The notes beneath the pieces were generated by a model, which saw only the letters and a program-made list of their open reading frames with translations, did not search any database and was not told the origin of the DNA. The translations under genes and the position numbers were made by a program. 64,000 nucleotides of DNA, taken from assembly GCA_951406725.2 (NCBI GenBank), contig OX597827.1, positions 3,906,001-3,970,000 of the forward strand, read 5' to 3'. Origin of the DNA: Octopus vulgaris (Eukaryota). This document shows positions 38,565 to 51,383 of this stretch, one piece after another (positions within the stretch are counted from its first letter, which is position 1; the number at the start of each line of letters is the position of its first letter).

Positions 38565-38946
38565 CGATGATCCATGGATGGAATTTGGGCAAGTGTTTTC
38601 TACAGTAGCCTTACCTAGACCAAAGCCTTGTGAATGGATTTAGCAAACAGAAACTGAAATGCATTTATATTTTTATATATTTGTGTGTGTGGTATGTATG
38701 TATGTTTATATGTATATATGTATCTATATATGTATATATATATGTGTGTATATATATATATATCGCTAACTCCTTACATACAGTTGTAAAACCCTACAAT
38801 GAATAAAACAATGAATGTCTTGACCTAAATTTTTGCACATCTGAATTTGACACACCTGTTTACACTATTACTTCCACACTTCATTAAACCCTCAACATTA
38901 ACCAAGTTTCCATATCAAACAAAATAAATCTCCCCACCATATCTAA

Positions 38947-39174
38947 TAACCCTTTTGTTACCAACCCGGCTGAAACTGGCTCTGGCTCTTTAGTACAAAT
39001 GTCTTGTTTTCATAAGTTTTGAATTCAAATCTTCCACCAAACCTTAGTCACAATTTATGTTCCTAACACTAGCTTAATGATAATGAAGTTAATTCACTAA
39101 ATTCTTTGTTATATTTAAAATAATTGAAAGAAACACAGAACATCTCAAAGTAAATACAGTAACGAAAGTGTTAA
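38947..39174 (+). mobile_element. piggyBac-type MITE
   Basis: TAA-CCCTTTTGTTAC..GTAACGAAAGTG-TTAA; inverted copy at 50010-50237. Confidence 0.85.
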
Positions 39175-39336
39175 ACCACACTCCACTAACATATGCTTTC
39201 ATCTTATTCTCCTCTATTCCTCTTCCTACACTACTATTCCTACACCATACCTAATTACCATTTCATATAGGTTCACTTACCCCACAAGAAACAATTTGCC
39301 AAAGACGATATAAAGCCAAACAAAAATTAAGTGAAG

Positions 39337-39377
39337 AACAGTCTGATGAAGGTAAGCTGAAACTTTGCAGTATTGTC
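39337..39377 (+). ncRNA. Minimal type I hammerhead motif with intact core
   Basis: ACAGT-CTGATGA-AG GTAAG CT-GAAA-CT TTGC AG-TA-TTGT; stem I is out of register by one base. Confidence 0.55.
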
Positions 39378-39454
39378 AATATTTTCTTGGTGAAATTGTA
39401 ATAAATAAATATGCACTTTGAGTAATTATACATTGTAATGTCATTGTTTTTTGG

Positions 39455-39551
39455 CATCTTGGGCAAGTGTCTTCTGCTATAGCCCCGGGCCGACCAATGC
39501 CTTGTGAGTGGATTTGGTTGACGGAAACTGAAAGAAGCCTGTCGTATATAT

Positions 39552-39589
<38 letters not shown>

Positions 39590-39808
39590 TTGTGTGTCTG
39601 TGTTTGTCCCCCTAGCATTGCTTGACAACCGATGCTGGTGTGTTTACGTCCCTGTCACTTAGCGGTTCGGCAAAAAGAAACCGATAGAATAAGTACTGGG
39701 CTTACAAAGAATAAGTCCTGGGGTCGATTTGCTTGACTAAAGGCGGTGCTCCAGCATGGCTGCAGTCAAATGACTGAAACAAGTAAAAGAGAGTAAGAGT
39801 AAAAGAGT
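39455..39808 (+). mobile_element. 5'-truncated abundant tRNA SINE
   Basis: Matches 20885-21226. Confidence 0.9.
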
Positions 39809-40207
39809 ATAAAAACACATTAACCACAAACGCACATAAACACACACACATATGTAAATACATATATGTATATATTTGTGAGTGTGTGTGTGTGTGTGTG
39901 TTCAAATAAATATATGATTGTAAAAGTATATATGTATGTGTGTTTGTATATGTATTTATGATTGCATGTATGTACATATTTCTTCATGTTTTTTTTTTAT
40001 ATTGACACAGCTTGGAATTGGTGAGGTTTGCTTCTGTCTCCCATAAACCTGCAATGACATTTGGAATAAAGTCCCTGACTCAAAATAAGGGCTTATTGAC
40101 CCTTGGAAGTGTGCCCGAGTGTAGAAAGGCACATTAAGGAGTATTGTCCAAACTATGCAAGCATGGAAAATGTTGAATGTATAAAATGATGACAATGAGG
40201 ACAATAA

Positions 40208-40293
40208 AGAAGAAGAAGGAGAAGAAGAAGAAGAAGAAGAAGAAGAAGAAGAAGAAGAAGAAGAAGAAGAAGAAGAAGAAGAAGAAGAAGAAG

Positions 40294-40324
<31 letters not shown>

Positions 40325-40338
40325 GGAAGAAGAAGAAG

Positions 40339-40369
<31 letters not shown>

Positions 40370-40570
40370 GGAAGAAGAAGAAATGGAAGAAGAAGAAGAA
40401 GAAGAAGAAGAAGAAGAAGAAGAAGAAGAAGAAGAAGAAGAAGAAGGAGGGGGAGGAGGAGAAGAAGAAGAAGAAGTGAAAGAAGAAGTGGAAGAAGAAG
40501 AAGAAGGAGGAGGAGGAGGAGGAGGAGAAGAAGAAGAAGAAGAAGAAGAAGAAGAAGAAGAAGAAGAAGA
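40208..40570. repeat. Long (GAA)n/(GGA)n polypurine tract
   Basis: Direct reading, ~360 bp with few interruptions. Confidence 0.95.
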
Positions 40571-41019
40571 CGGTGGCGGTGGTGGTGGTGGTGATGAGGA
40601 TAATGGTGATGATGATGTATTTCTGTGGGCTTTTTATGTTCATTTCCTTTGTCAGGGAGAAAAACTTTTCCAGAATGTTTTTATTCTCTCCCTCTTAATA
40701 ATTAAAAAAATAAATAAATAAAGATTTCTGTTCTGTAATTATTTTTAGCATTTAAATTAATTTCAGCTTCATTTAATTTCTCTATATTCTACATATAGAA
40801 TGATTAAATGCTGAAACTGAAATTAAATTAAATCTTAAATATGTTCATAAAAATATTGTTTTTTTTTTTTTTATAATTTTAAAGTATTTCACTCAGATGA
40901 GGGAAATAATTCCCACAAGATATTTTCACTTGCAAAAAGAGAGAGAGAGAGAAAGAAAGAAAAAAAGGGCCAATAGAAAATGAGCTTACATTAAAATGAA
41001 AATTCTAGCCAGGAAACAT

Positions 41020-41248
41020 TTAACCCTTTAGCATTTAAACCGTCCATATCCGGCCAAAAGTATTCTACCTGTTTTATGTCCAGACTGGCCAGATCTGGTC
41101 TCTCACACCAACCTTACAACATCGTTTTAAAAATTAACAGCTACCTCATCAAAATCTCATAGCACCAAGATAATGCCAGATTAGTTCAAGGCAATGTGGA
41201 TAAAAAAGGATTAATTTTGGCCGAATAATGCAAACACTAAAGGGTTAA
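41020..41248. mobile_element. piggyBac-type MITE, second family
   Basis: TTAA-CCCTTTAG..CTAAAGGG-TTAA. Confidence 0.85.
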
Positions 41249-41614
41249 GGTTTTTCACAGAAGATACAAGGATTGCTATGAGTGTACACCCTTTGAAAAT
41301 GATATTTGTAAAGAAAGAATACAGAAAAACATGTGGATGATACAGTGGACTTTGTAGTACACACACACACACACACACACACATACACACACACACACAC
41401 ACACGGTGGACAAAATTAAAATCTTTTCTTAAACTTTGGTTAATAACTGATTATGACTCATACAGATATCTATACACACACATTCACACACACACATCTT
41501 TTATCCTGAACTTGTTTCAATTATTGGACTACAGCCATTCTAGGGTATTGACATAAAAGGGTTAAATCAAACAAATCAATTTTAGTACTTAATTTTAAGA
41601 CAGTACTAACTCTA

Positions 41615-41712
41615 TTTACATTATTTACATTATTTACATATCCGTCGAATGTAAATAATGTAAATAGTGTAAGTAATGTACATAATTCTTCATCTCTTAA
41701 ATATAGAACTGT
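41615..41712. mobile_element. Mini inverted-repeat insertion: 3' end of the hammerhead/tRNA element, nested in a minus-strand SINE (~41510-41950)
   Basis: TTTACATTATTTACATTATTTACAT / ATGTAAATAATGTAAATAGTGTAAG, then TACATAATTCTTCATCTCTTAAATATAGAACT as at 12324-12355; imperfect TSD AGTACTAACTCTA / AGTATTTACTCTA. Confidence 0.7.
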
Positions 41713-41960
41713 AGTATTTACTCTATCAGTCTCTTTTACCAAACCTCTAAGTTACAAGGATATAAACAAACTACACCAGTCATCAAGTGTTGTGTTTACG
41801 ATAGAGTTTCTATCAACCAATCTCACTCTCAAGACATTGGTCAGCCTGAGATTAGAGTACAAGAGACTTGACAAAGATGCCTTGCAGTGGGACTGAACCT
41901 AAAGTCACATGGCAGCAATTGAAGCTTCTTAACCACACAGCCATGCCTGCATGCTTGCAG

Positions 41961-42006
<46 letters not shown>

Positions 42007-42734
42007 TTGCTATTCTGTTAAACTGTTGTATGTCCAAATGTGGCCAAATGCGGTTTTTTCAATATTTATTTTTGCTTGCAATATTCAGGTCTTTCGGTCA
42101 AACTATCGTATCTCCAGCTGCTTCAGATGCCAAGATATCAAAATTTGTCAAAGTTTTGGTATGGAATTTTCAGACTAGTTTTTTGTTTTCTGAAAAAGCA
42201 ACGTTTTGGACTTATGACACTTTTGCATAATAGCAACGATATATATATATATTACTATCTATCTATCTATCTATATATAACAAATGTTCTAAAAAGGTTG
42301 CCAGATACAAAGTAATTTTTGATTTATAGAAATTGTCTTTATTCCGAGAGAAAGTAAACAAACATGTAATGGCAACTGCAACTGACTCCAAAGGAAAATG
42401 TGAGATAATCTCATGAATCAAAAATTCTCTGGAAATGACATACCATTAAGGAAAACGTATTCTGCAAATTTCTATATAGCAGTATGTATATGATATATAT
42501 GTGTGTATTTATATATATATATATATATGTGTGTGTGTATGTAATGTGTGCATGTGCATATGTGTGTGTAGTGATATATATGATCATCCTCATTGTCATT
42601 ATCAGTATCATCATTCAACATCTGTTTTTCATGTTGGCATGGGTTTGATGGTACAATAGGAGCTGATTGATATGTATATATATATACATATATAAACTAA
42701 GAAAAACTTGGATATGTTTCAACCAAAGATTGGT

Positions 42735-43448
42735 CCAGGCCATGTCTAACTTAATAGTACCACCTGATAAGATTATCTAAATCCTTTTTAAGTCAAGTTT
42801 TGTTTATGGTCCATTTAAGTAGTGAGTTGTATCCAGTTATGGGTGGCTTATCTGGTATTCCTTGAAGAAAACTGTCCAGACTTCGTTTAAAGGTGATGGG
42901 ATCCTTTTCCTCTTTGATCAGTTTTGGGACAATGTTAAACAGGGCAGGGCCTATTGAGGAAAAGAAATTATGTTGCAGTGTACCTATATGTTGTGATCCT
43001 GAATTGGGCATGGGACGTATGGCCCATGGTCCCAACCTTGGATGAACCTTGAAACTAATGTTCAGGTCGTTTGGGCAAAGTTGGTGGTATATTCTCCACA
43101 TCGTATCAATTAAAGTACCTCTCGTGGTGGCGCTGGAGGGAGTAGAGTTTCAAGGCTTTAAGGCAGTCTCAGTAATCGAGATCAGTCATGCCTTCAATTC
43201 GTTTAGTGAGTGCCCTCTGGGGTGATTCAGTTCTCGAGATGTTTTGTATTGTATGGAGAGACCACAAGGGGCAGCAGTATTCGAGGTGAGGCTGAACAAA
43301 GGAGGAGAAAAGTGGAATGATGACACCAAGTTCTCTGGACCGGAAGGTTCTTAAGATCCAGGAGCTCATCCTACAAGCTATATTGACCTTATTGTTGATA
43401 TGGGCATTCCAACTGAGATTGTTATCAACAATTACACCCAGGTCTCTG
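42735..43448 (-). mobile_element. Decayed CR1/L2-clade LINE 3' fragment
   Basis: RDLGVI, SWILRTFRSR..FVQPHLEYCCPLWS, GPALFNIVP..FKRSLDSFL..IPDKP. Confidence 0.9.
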
Positions 43449-43490
<42 letters not shown>

Positions 43491-44181
43491 CATATATATA
43501 TATATGTATATATATATATACATACACGTTTATATACATGTGTGTGTTTGTATATATATATAGATAGATTTATTCATGTATAATATGAGAGTGTGTATGT
43601 GTAAGAACTCAGGGAGACAGTAAAAGAGAAGATATATTTAGATTGAACATTAGAAAAACAATATAGCAAAATATATAAAGAAAATACACAATTCAGAGAA
43701 ATAAATAAATGTTACTGAAATTTTCCATTCTTTCTACCCAAGAAATAACTGAATGGAAAGAAAATTTCAAGAAATTATCTTTGTAAACAAAATGGCTTTT
43801 CATCTGTGAGATGCATTAGTATTGTCCATCATATAAGATCATTTATGACTAAGTTGATTCCTCAAAGAATTGTGAAACATTTGTCTGTACGTCACAATAA
43901 ACTAATAGATTTTGTATTGACTCAATCTTACTTGCAGAGAATATTAGCCAAAGGCAAGGAATATTTATTTTGAATAAAAGTTGGCACTTGTGACAAATGG
44001 ACACAATTATTTGTTTATTTTTATTTATTCTCTTTTTTTTGTTGTATACTTGTTTTTGTTAGAGTGAGTTAGATAAACACACACACACACACACACATAC
44101 ATATATATATGTATATGTATATCTATTTATCTATCTACCTACCTACCTACCTACATACATATATATATATATACATATATA

Positions 44182-44262
<81 letters not shown>

Positions 44263-44300
44263 ATATATGTATGTATATATATATATATATATATACATAT

Positions 44301-44965
44301 GTGAGGAAGTGCCACTCCCTAACTGTAGAAGAAACCTGTGGAAGAGGTAGACCAAGGAAAACATAGGATGAGATGGTGAAGCATGACCTTCAAACATTGG
44401 GCCTCACAGAGGCAATAACAGGAGACCAGGACCTTTGGAGATACACTTTGATTGAGAAGAACCAGCAACTGCAGTGAGATCGCAGCCGTGCACATCCAGC
44501 CCTGTTAAGAATACCCCTGATGCATTGGGCAATATGATATGCTTGAGAAGACTTGTTGAGTCAAGTAAAACCAATATCGTAGCTGGAGCCAGTGCCTCCT
44601 GACTGGCTCCTATGCTGATGGCATGTAAAAAGCAGCATCTGAACATGCTCTTTGCCAGGCCCACCTTACTGGCTCCAGTGCCACTGGAACATAAAAAGCA
44701 CCAACTGATCGTGACCGATGCCAGTACCAGCTGACTGGCTTCTGTGCTGGTGGCACATAAAAAGCACCATCAGAATGTGATCGTTGCCAGGCCCACCTTA
44801 CTGGCTCTTGGAGTGGATGGCATTAGGAAGGGCATCCAGCTGTAGGAACTCTGCCAGATCAGATTGGAACCAGGTGCAGCTGCTGGCTCTCCAGACCCCA
44901 GTCAAACCATGCCAGCCTGGAAAACAGACATTAATCGATGATGATGATGATAATGATGGTGATGA

Positions 44966-44967
<2 letters not shown>
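44301..44967 (+). mobile_element. RTE LINE 3' end (ORF C-terminus, 3' UTR with subrepeats, (GAT)n tail)
   Basis: VRKCHSLTVEETCGRGRPRKT motif followed by the TTAGGAAGGGCATCCAGCTGTAG 3' module. Confidence 0.85.
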
Positions 44968-45018
<51 letters not shown>

Positions 45019-45081
45019 CATTATATATATACTCACACACACACATATACATACAAATATATATACATATATATATATATG

Positions 45082-45800
45082 TAGGCACAGGAGTGGCTGT
45101 GTGGTAAGAGGCTTGTTCCCAACCACATAGTTCCAGGTTCGGTCCCACTGCATTGCACCTTTGTGTTCTCTATAGCCTCAGGTCGACCAAATCCTTGTGA
45201 ATGGATTTGGTAGACAGAAACGGAAAGAATCTTGTTATATATGTGTGTGTATGTGTATGTGTGTGTGTATTTGTGTGTCTGTGTTTGTCCCCACACCATT
45301 GCTTGACAACTGATGTTGGTATGTTTACATCCCCATAATTGAGAAATATGGCAAAAGAGACAGATAGAATAAGTACTAGGCTTACATGGAAGTGTAATGG
45401 CCCAGTGGTTAGAGAAGCGGGCTTGCGGTCATGGGGTCGCGGTTTCAATTCCCAGACCAGTTGTTGTGAGTGCTTATTGAGCGAAACCCCTAAAACTCCA
45501 CGAGGCTCCAACAGGAGGTAGTGATGAACCCTGCTGTACTCTTTCACCACAACTTTCTCGCACTCTTTCTTCCTGTTTCTGTTGTACCTGTATTTCAATG
45601 GGTACATTTATATGTGGAGTGCTCAGCCACTTACACGTTAATTTTATAAGCAGGCTGTTCCATTGATTGAATCAACTGGAACTGGACATGGAATGCCACT
45701 CGGCTTACTAAGAATGTCCTGCGGTCAATTTGTTTCACTAAAGGCGGTGTTCCAGCATGGCCGCAGTCAAATGACGGAAAATCAAGTAAGAGAATAAAAG
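45082..45800 (+). mobile_element. Abundant tRNA SINE containing a second tRNA SINE (45388-45705)
   Basis: Host is interrupted at GGCTTAC, which is repeated on both sides; inner head TGGCCCAGTGG..GGTTTCAATTCC resembles 60904-61192. Confidence 0.8.
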
Positions 45801-45816
45801 AATATATATATATATA

Positions 45817-46240
45817 TAGGCGCAGGAGTGGCTGTGTGGTAAGTAGCTTGCTAACTAGCCACATGGTTCCGGGTTCAGTCCCACTGCATGGCACCTTGGG
45901 CAAGTGTCTCCTGCTATAGCCTCGGGCCGACCAAAGCCTTGTGAGTGGATTTGGTAGACAGAAACTGAAAGAAGCCCGTCGTATATATGTACTTATATAT
46001 ATATGTATGTGTGTGTATATGTTTGTGTGTCTGTGTTTGTCCCCTTAGCATTGCTTGACAACCAATGCTGGTGTGTTTACGTCCCCGTCACTTAGCGGTT
46101 CGGCAAAAGAGACCGATAGAATGAGTACTGGGCTTACAAAAGAATAAGTCCCGGGGTCGAGTTGCTCGATTAAAGGCGGTGCTCCAGCATGGTCGCAGTG
46201 AAATGACTGAAACAAGTAAAAGAGGAAAAGAGGAAAGAGG
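45817..46240 (+). mobile_element. Full-length abundant tRNA SINE
   Basis: Near-identical to 20811-21226. Confidence 0.9.
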
Positions 46241-46467
46241 ATATACATATACTTATATATATATATATATATATGTAGGAAGGGCATATATATATGCCCT
46301 TACTAATGTCAACCACTCCAAGAGTGTAATGGGTGCTTATTAAGTGCTACTGGCACAGCTGCCTTTATATTCCACTGGCACATGAATATGCACATATATG
46401 CACCAGCACACACACATATATATATATATGCACACACACATAATTTGTGACAAGAGTTGTGACTCAC

Positions 46468-46579
46468 ATAATTGCAAACTGAAGTAGGTGATTGATTTCA
46501 TTTCTAGTATAGGATAGATACAGATTTGTTCAAATCCAGAGGCTTGAATAGGAAAAGGAAGTATCATAAGCTCTGAAAT
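46468..46579 (-). other. Candidate 112-nt spliced exon (coding status unknown)
   Basis: Acceptor TTTTCTTGCTTTCAG and donor GTGAGT; one frame open (ISELMILPFPIQASGFEQICIYPILEMKSITYFSLQL). Confidence 0.3.
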
Positions 46580-46818
46580 CTGAAAGCAAGAAAACTTGTA
46601 TGAACTTTTAGCAATTGCTTCTTGGTCAGTGCTGGATTTCATTGGAGGGAAGCTCTAGACTTCAGCATGCCAAGCCTTTTGGTAAATTTAGCACTGCTCA
46701 TGCTTCCTTACTCTTCCCTCTCTCCTTCTTTCTCTCTCTCTCTCTTTATATATATATATATATAAACTCTGTCATGTACATATATACACATTTACATACA
46801 TACACACCCACACGCGCT

Positions 46819-46908
<90 letters not shown>

Positions 46909-46911
46909 TAT

Positions 46912-46944
<33 letters not shown>

Positions 46945-46977
46945 ATGATGATGATGATATATATATACATATATATA

Positions 46978-47200
46978 TATTTCTTTACTACCCACAAGGG
47001 GCTAAACATAGAGAGGACGAACAAGGACAAACAAACGGATTAAGTCGATTACATCGACCCCAGTGCGAAACTGGTACTTTTATTTATCGACCCCGAAAGG
47101 ATGAAAGGCAAAGTCGACCTCGGCGGAATTTGAACTCAGAACGTAACGACAGACGAAATACCGCTAAGCATTCCGCCCGGTGCGCTAACGTGTCTGCCAG
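46978..47200 (-). mobile_element. Young Meta-domain-like SINE
   Basis: Reverse complement of 51153-51383; CpGs largely intact. Confidence 0.9.
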
Positions 47201-47783
47201 CACACACACATACACTGGGAGGAATGAAAACTGTCTTATATATATATATATACACACATATATACATACACACACATATGTGTGTGTAAGTGTATATTCT
47301 CTCTCTATACATATATGTATGCATGTGAATACATACGTACTTATATTAAATGTATTTTACGTCTAGGTGTGGAAGCATGCATATTTGAAAATAAGTTTCA
47401 ACAAATAGACTCGTATAAAGAAATGCACACACTCACCCCCACAAACGTACCCATTCCCCACCACACACACACACACACACACACACCAAGCATATAAACA
47501 AGTACAGCATACACACACACTGCACACAGTTCTCAATTGATAGAGATGTGCATATATACATACATATATTCAGAGATTTTATGTAGTAAAATAGATTGGC
47601 AATATTTGAGACATAGATCATTTAAATACCTTTCTAGAAGGAAACACTGGAAGGAATGAAAACTGTCTTTCCCAATATAAGAGTAGAAATAAAAGTTAAC
47701 ATAATTTGGAAGTAAGATGGATGGGTGTGCATGTGTGTCTGCGTGAATATATGTATGTGTGTGTATATATATATATATGTATA

Positions 47784-47863
<80 letters not shown>

Positions 47864-47927
47864 TACATATGTACATATATATATATATATATGTGTACAC
47901 ATATATATATATATATATACACATATG

Positions 47928-47968
<41 letters not shown>

Positions 47969-48004
47969 TACATATATACATATATACATATATACATATA
48001 TATA

Positions 48005-48046
<42 letters not shown>

Positions 48047-48894
48047 AAGATATAGATGGCTATACATACATGCATACATAAATATAAGTATAATATAATA
48101 TGTTAGTGTGTATGTGTATATATATGTATACTCACACACACACACATGTCACGCCTTCATGTCTTGGTCTGAAATATTGTCATCTGAGCTTGTAGACTTA
48201 TTTTCAATGATCACATGTCTTGAAATAGTATCAGTTCGGATATGAAGTAGTTGGCATTATGTTCTTGAATATCTTTGCTGATACTCCAAAAATATTTCCC
48301 AACTGTTGTGTATATGCTTGCATACATGTGAATCTGTGTGTGTGCATATGCATGTGTGTATGTATATCTGATACTTATACATATCCAAGTGCATACAAAT
48401 ACATACAAATATAGATGTAGACATAGGGAAAAATGAAAAAGCAAGGGAGTGAAATACACACACACACACACACGCACGCACATAGGAAATAGAAAAGGAA
48501 GAGGAAAAAGGAGATAGAGCAAAATATGTGTCAGGTATAGAGATAGCAGAATATTCTTCATTGATTAACCGCAAAAATTTTATTATTGTCTTCTGGAGAG
48601 AAATAGGAAATCTTTAGCTATAAACTTTGATGATGTTCAGATTTTAAAGTTGGGGAAATGTGAACGGTTGAACGGTCTATCTCTAGCAAACAACTTCAAA
48701 CTTATGAGATGAGGACTAGATTGGTTTTTGTATGGATTTATTTATGGAGATATAAAAACCTAATTAACATCACTAATTAAGCAGGGAATGATTATTGTGA
48801 TACTATCTACGGTAGAGGTGTTATTAACATGATGTCAAATGATTAAAGATTGGTATCAAGGATAGAAACTGAATTATAAAGATACAACTGTCTA

Positions 48895-49255
<361 letters not shown>

Positions 49256-49588
49256 ATATTCACTGAAATTTTAATAATGTTCTTTTGTTATGATCTTCAC
49301 TGAACATTTACACTTATATCTCTATCTATGTCTGTGAAACACATTGAAATTTCTGTGAACATTTGATCATTTAAACGTGTTTTCCAATTTTTGCCTTGTA
49401 ACTTTAAACTCTCCTAAGTCCTTTATATATTTGTTCTATTGATGATCAAAAAATTGTTGAAATCAGTTTAGTATTTGAATAAATCTATTCCAAAATTTAA
49501 AAACAGCTACATGTTTTGAGATTCAGGTGCATTTTCAAACTCCAAAACATTCTCCTATATTTTTTCCTGCATGTCAATACACTTCTTT

Positions 49589-49658
<70 letters not shown>

Positions 49659-49722
49659 TAGATAGATAGATATAGATATAGATGCATACATATATATATA
49701 AATCTATATATATATGTATGTT

Positions 49723-49758
<36 letters not shown>

Positions 49759-50009
49759 TACATGTATGTGTGTGTGTATCTGTGTGCATATTTGTGTTTG
49801 TCCCCCCAAGCATTACTTGACAACTGATTTTGGTCTGTGTATGGCCCCCATGGCTCTTAATGGTTTGGCAAAAAGAGAATGATAGAATAAGTTCTAGACT
49901 TAAAGGTAAGCACTGAGATCAAGTTGTCCAACTAAAGCCTTTTTTTAAAACAGTGGCCCAGCATGGCCACACTCCAATCAATGAAGCAAGTAAGAGATAG
50001 AAGGTGTAT

Positions 50010-50237
50010 TTAACCCTTTTGTTACTGTATTTATTTTGAGATGCTCTGTGCTTCTTTCAATTACTTTAAATATAACAAAGAATTTAGTAAAATAACTTAG
50101 TTATCATTCATCTAGTGTTAGGAACATAAATTGTGACTAAGGTCTGATGGAAGATTTTTATTCAAAACTTTTGAAAACAAGACATTTGTACTCAGAGCCA
50201 GAGCCGGTTTCAGCCGGGTTGGTAATGAAAGGGTTAA
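50010..50237 (-). mobile_element. piggyBac-type MITE
   Basis: TTAA-CCCTTTTGTTAC..GTAATGAAAGGG-TTAA; reverse complement of 38947-39174. Confidence 0.85.
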
Positions 50238-50458
50238 GTCAGTCAGACAATTGATAAAATACCTCCCTTGTATTTATTTATCTCCCTATATATTTTGAGC
50301 CCTTTTATGACAATCTTGCCTTTCGTATTCATACTCTGTAACATATAAAGATAATGGCTAAAATGTCAAGGATTGCAGACTTGTGATTGCATCTAATATT
50401 TGGCTGGATATAAATTAAGTAAAATTTCTTTTGGCTCAGCAATTACAACCTTCTAGAA

Positions 50459-50897
50459 CAGTGGTTTTCAATGGGGTCTACATGACCCTTGGGGCTCCAT
50501 ATAAGATTTTTTCATTAAAATTTATGCACATTAAATTGGTTATACTCCCACAATACACAAAATATTTTAACAATATTTTTCATAAAATTCCCAATAATGT
50601 TTAATTATCAAAGGTGGCACGTAAAAAGCACCCACTACATTCACGGTGTGGTTGGTGTTAGGAAGGGCATCCAGCTGTAGAAACATTGCCAGATAAGACT
50701 GGAGCCTGGTGCAGCCTTCTGGCTTCACAGATCCCCGGTTGAACCGTCCAACCCATGCTAGCATGGAGAACGGACGTTAAACGATGATGATGATGATGAT
50801 GATGAATAGGAATTTTTTAAGCATTGAATGGTTTTGAGGGTCTGAGTGAAACAGGGATGAAGGGAGTCCATAAGAAGAAAATGGTTGAGAATCACAG
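50459..50897. mobile_element. hAT (Charlie-like) MITE with 8-bp TSD, containing an RTE-type SINE (50612-50805)
   Basis: TIRs CAGTGGTTTTCAA / TTGAGAATCACAG; TSD TTCTAGAA (50451-58) / TTCCAGAA (50898-905); partial relative at ~33418-33540. Confidence 0.7.
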
Positions 50898-51152
50898 TTC
50901 CAGAAGAATCCCATCTAACTGAAGCACATGTCACACATATTCATTTATGGGACTTTATCAACATTAGTTGTAATATACAACTTTTGGAGCTATTGTTATT
51001 GCTGTTGTGGTTGTTGTTGTCTAGCTCCATGTTAGTCCTTATCAAGTTCATTTATGATCAAGATGTTCCAACTGTTACATAACAACAGCAACAAAAATAA
51101 CAATAGCAATTAGCATGATATAGCAACAATAAGAACCACAAGAAATGGCAGA

Positions 51153-51383
51153 AGGTGGAAAGCTGGCAGAAACGTTAGCACGCTGGGCGAAATGCTTAGT
51201 GGTATTTTGTCTGATGCTACATTCTGAGTTCAAATTCCACCGAGGTTGACTTTGCCTTTCATCTTTTCAGGGTCAATAACTTAAGTACTAGTAATGCACT
51301 GGGGTCGATGTAATCGACTTAATCCCTTTGTCTGTCCTTGTTTGTCCCCTCTGTGTTTAGCCCCTTGTGGGCAATAAACAAAT
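51153..51383 (+). mobile_element. Meta-domain-like SINE with 13-bp TSD
   Basis: B box GAGTTCAAATTCC, GCCTTTCATC core; TSD AAGAAATGGCAGA at 51140-51152 and 51384-51396. Confidence 0.9.

Noticed and set aside
49436-49471. CTA-TTGATGA..GAAA-TCAG-TT-TAG hammerhead-like motif
   Set aside because: Only a 3-bp stem I and poor stem II in AT-rich sequence; too weak to list as a feature
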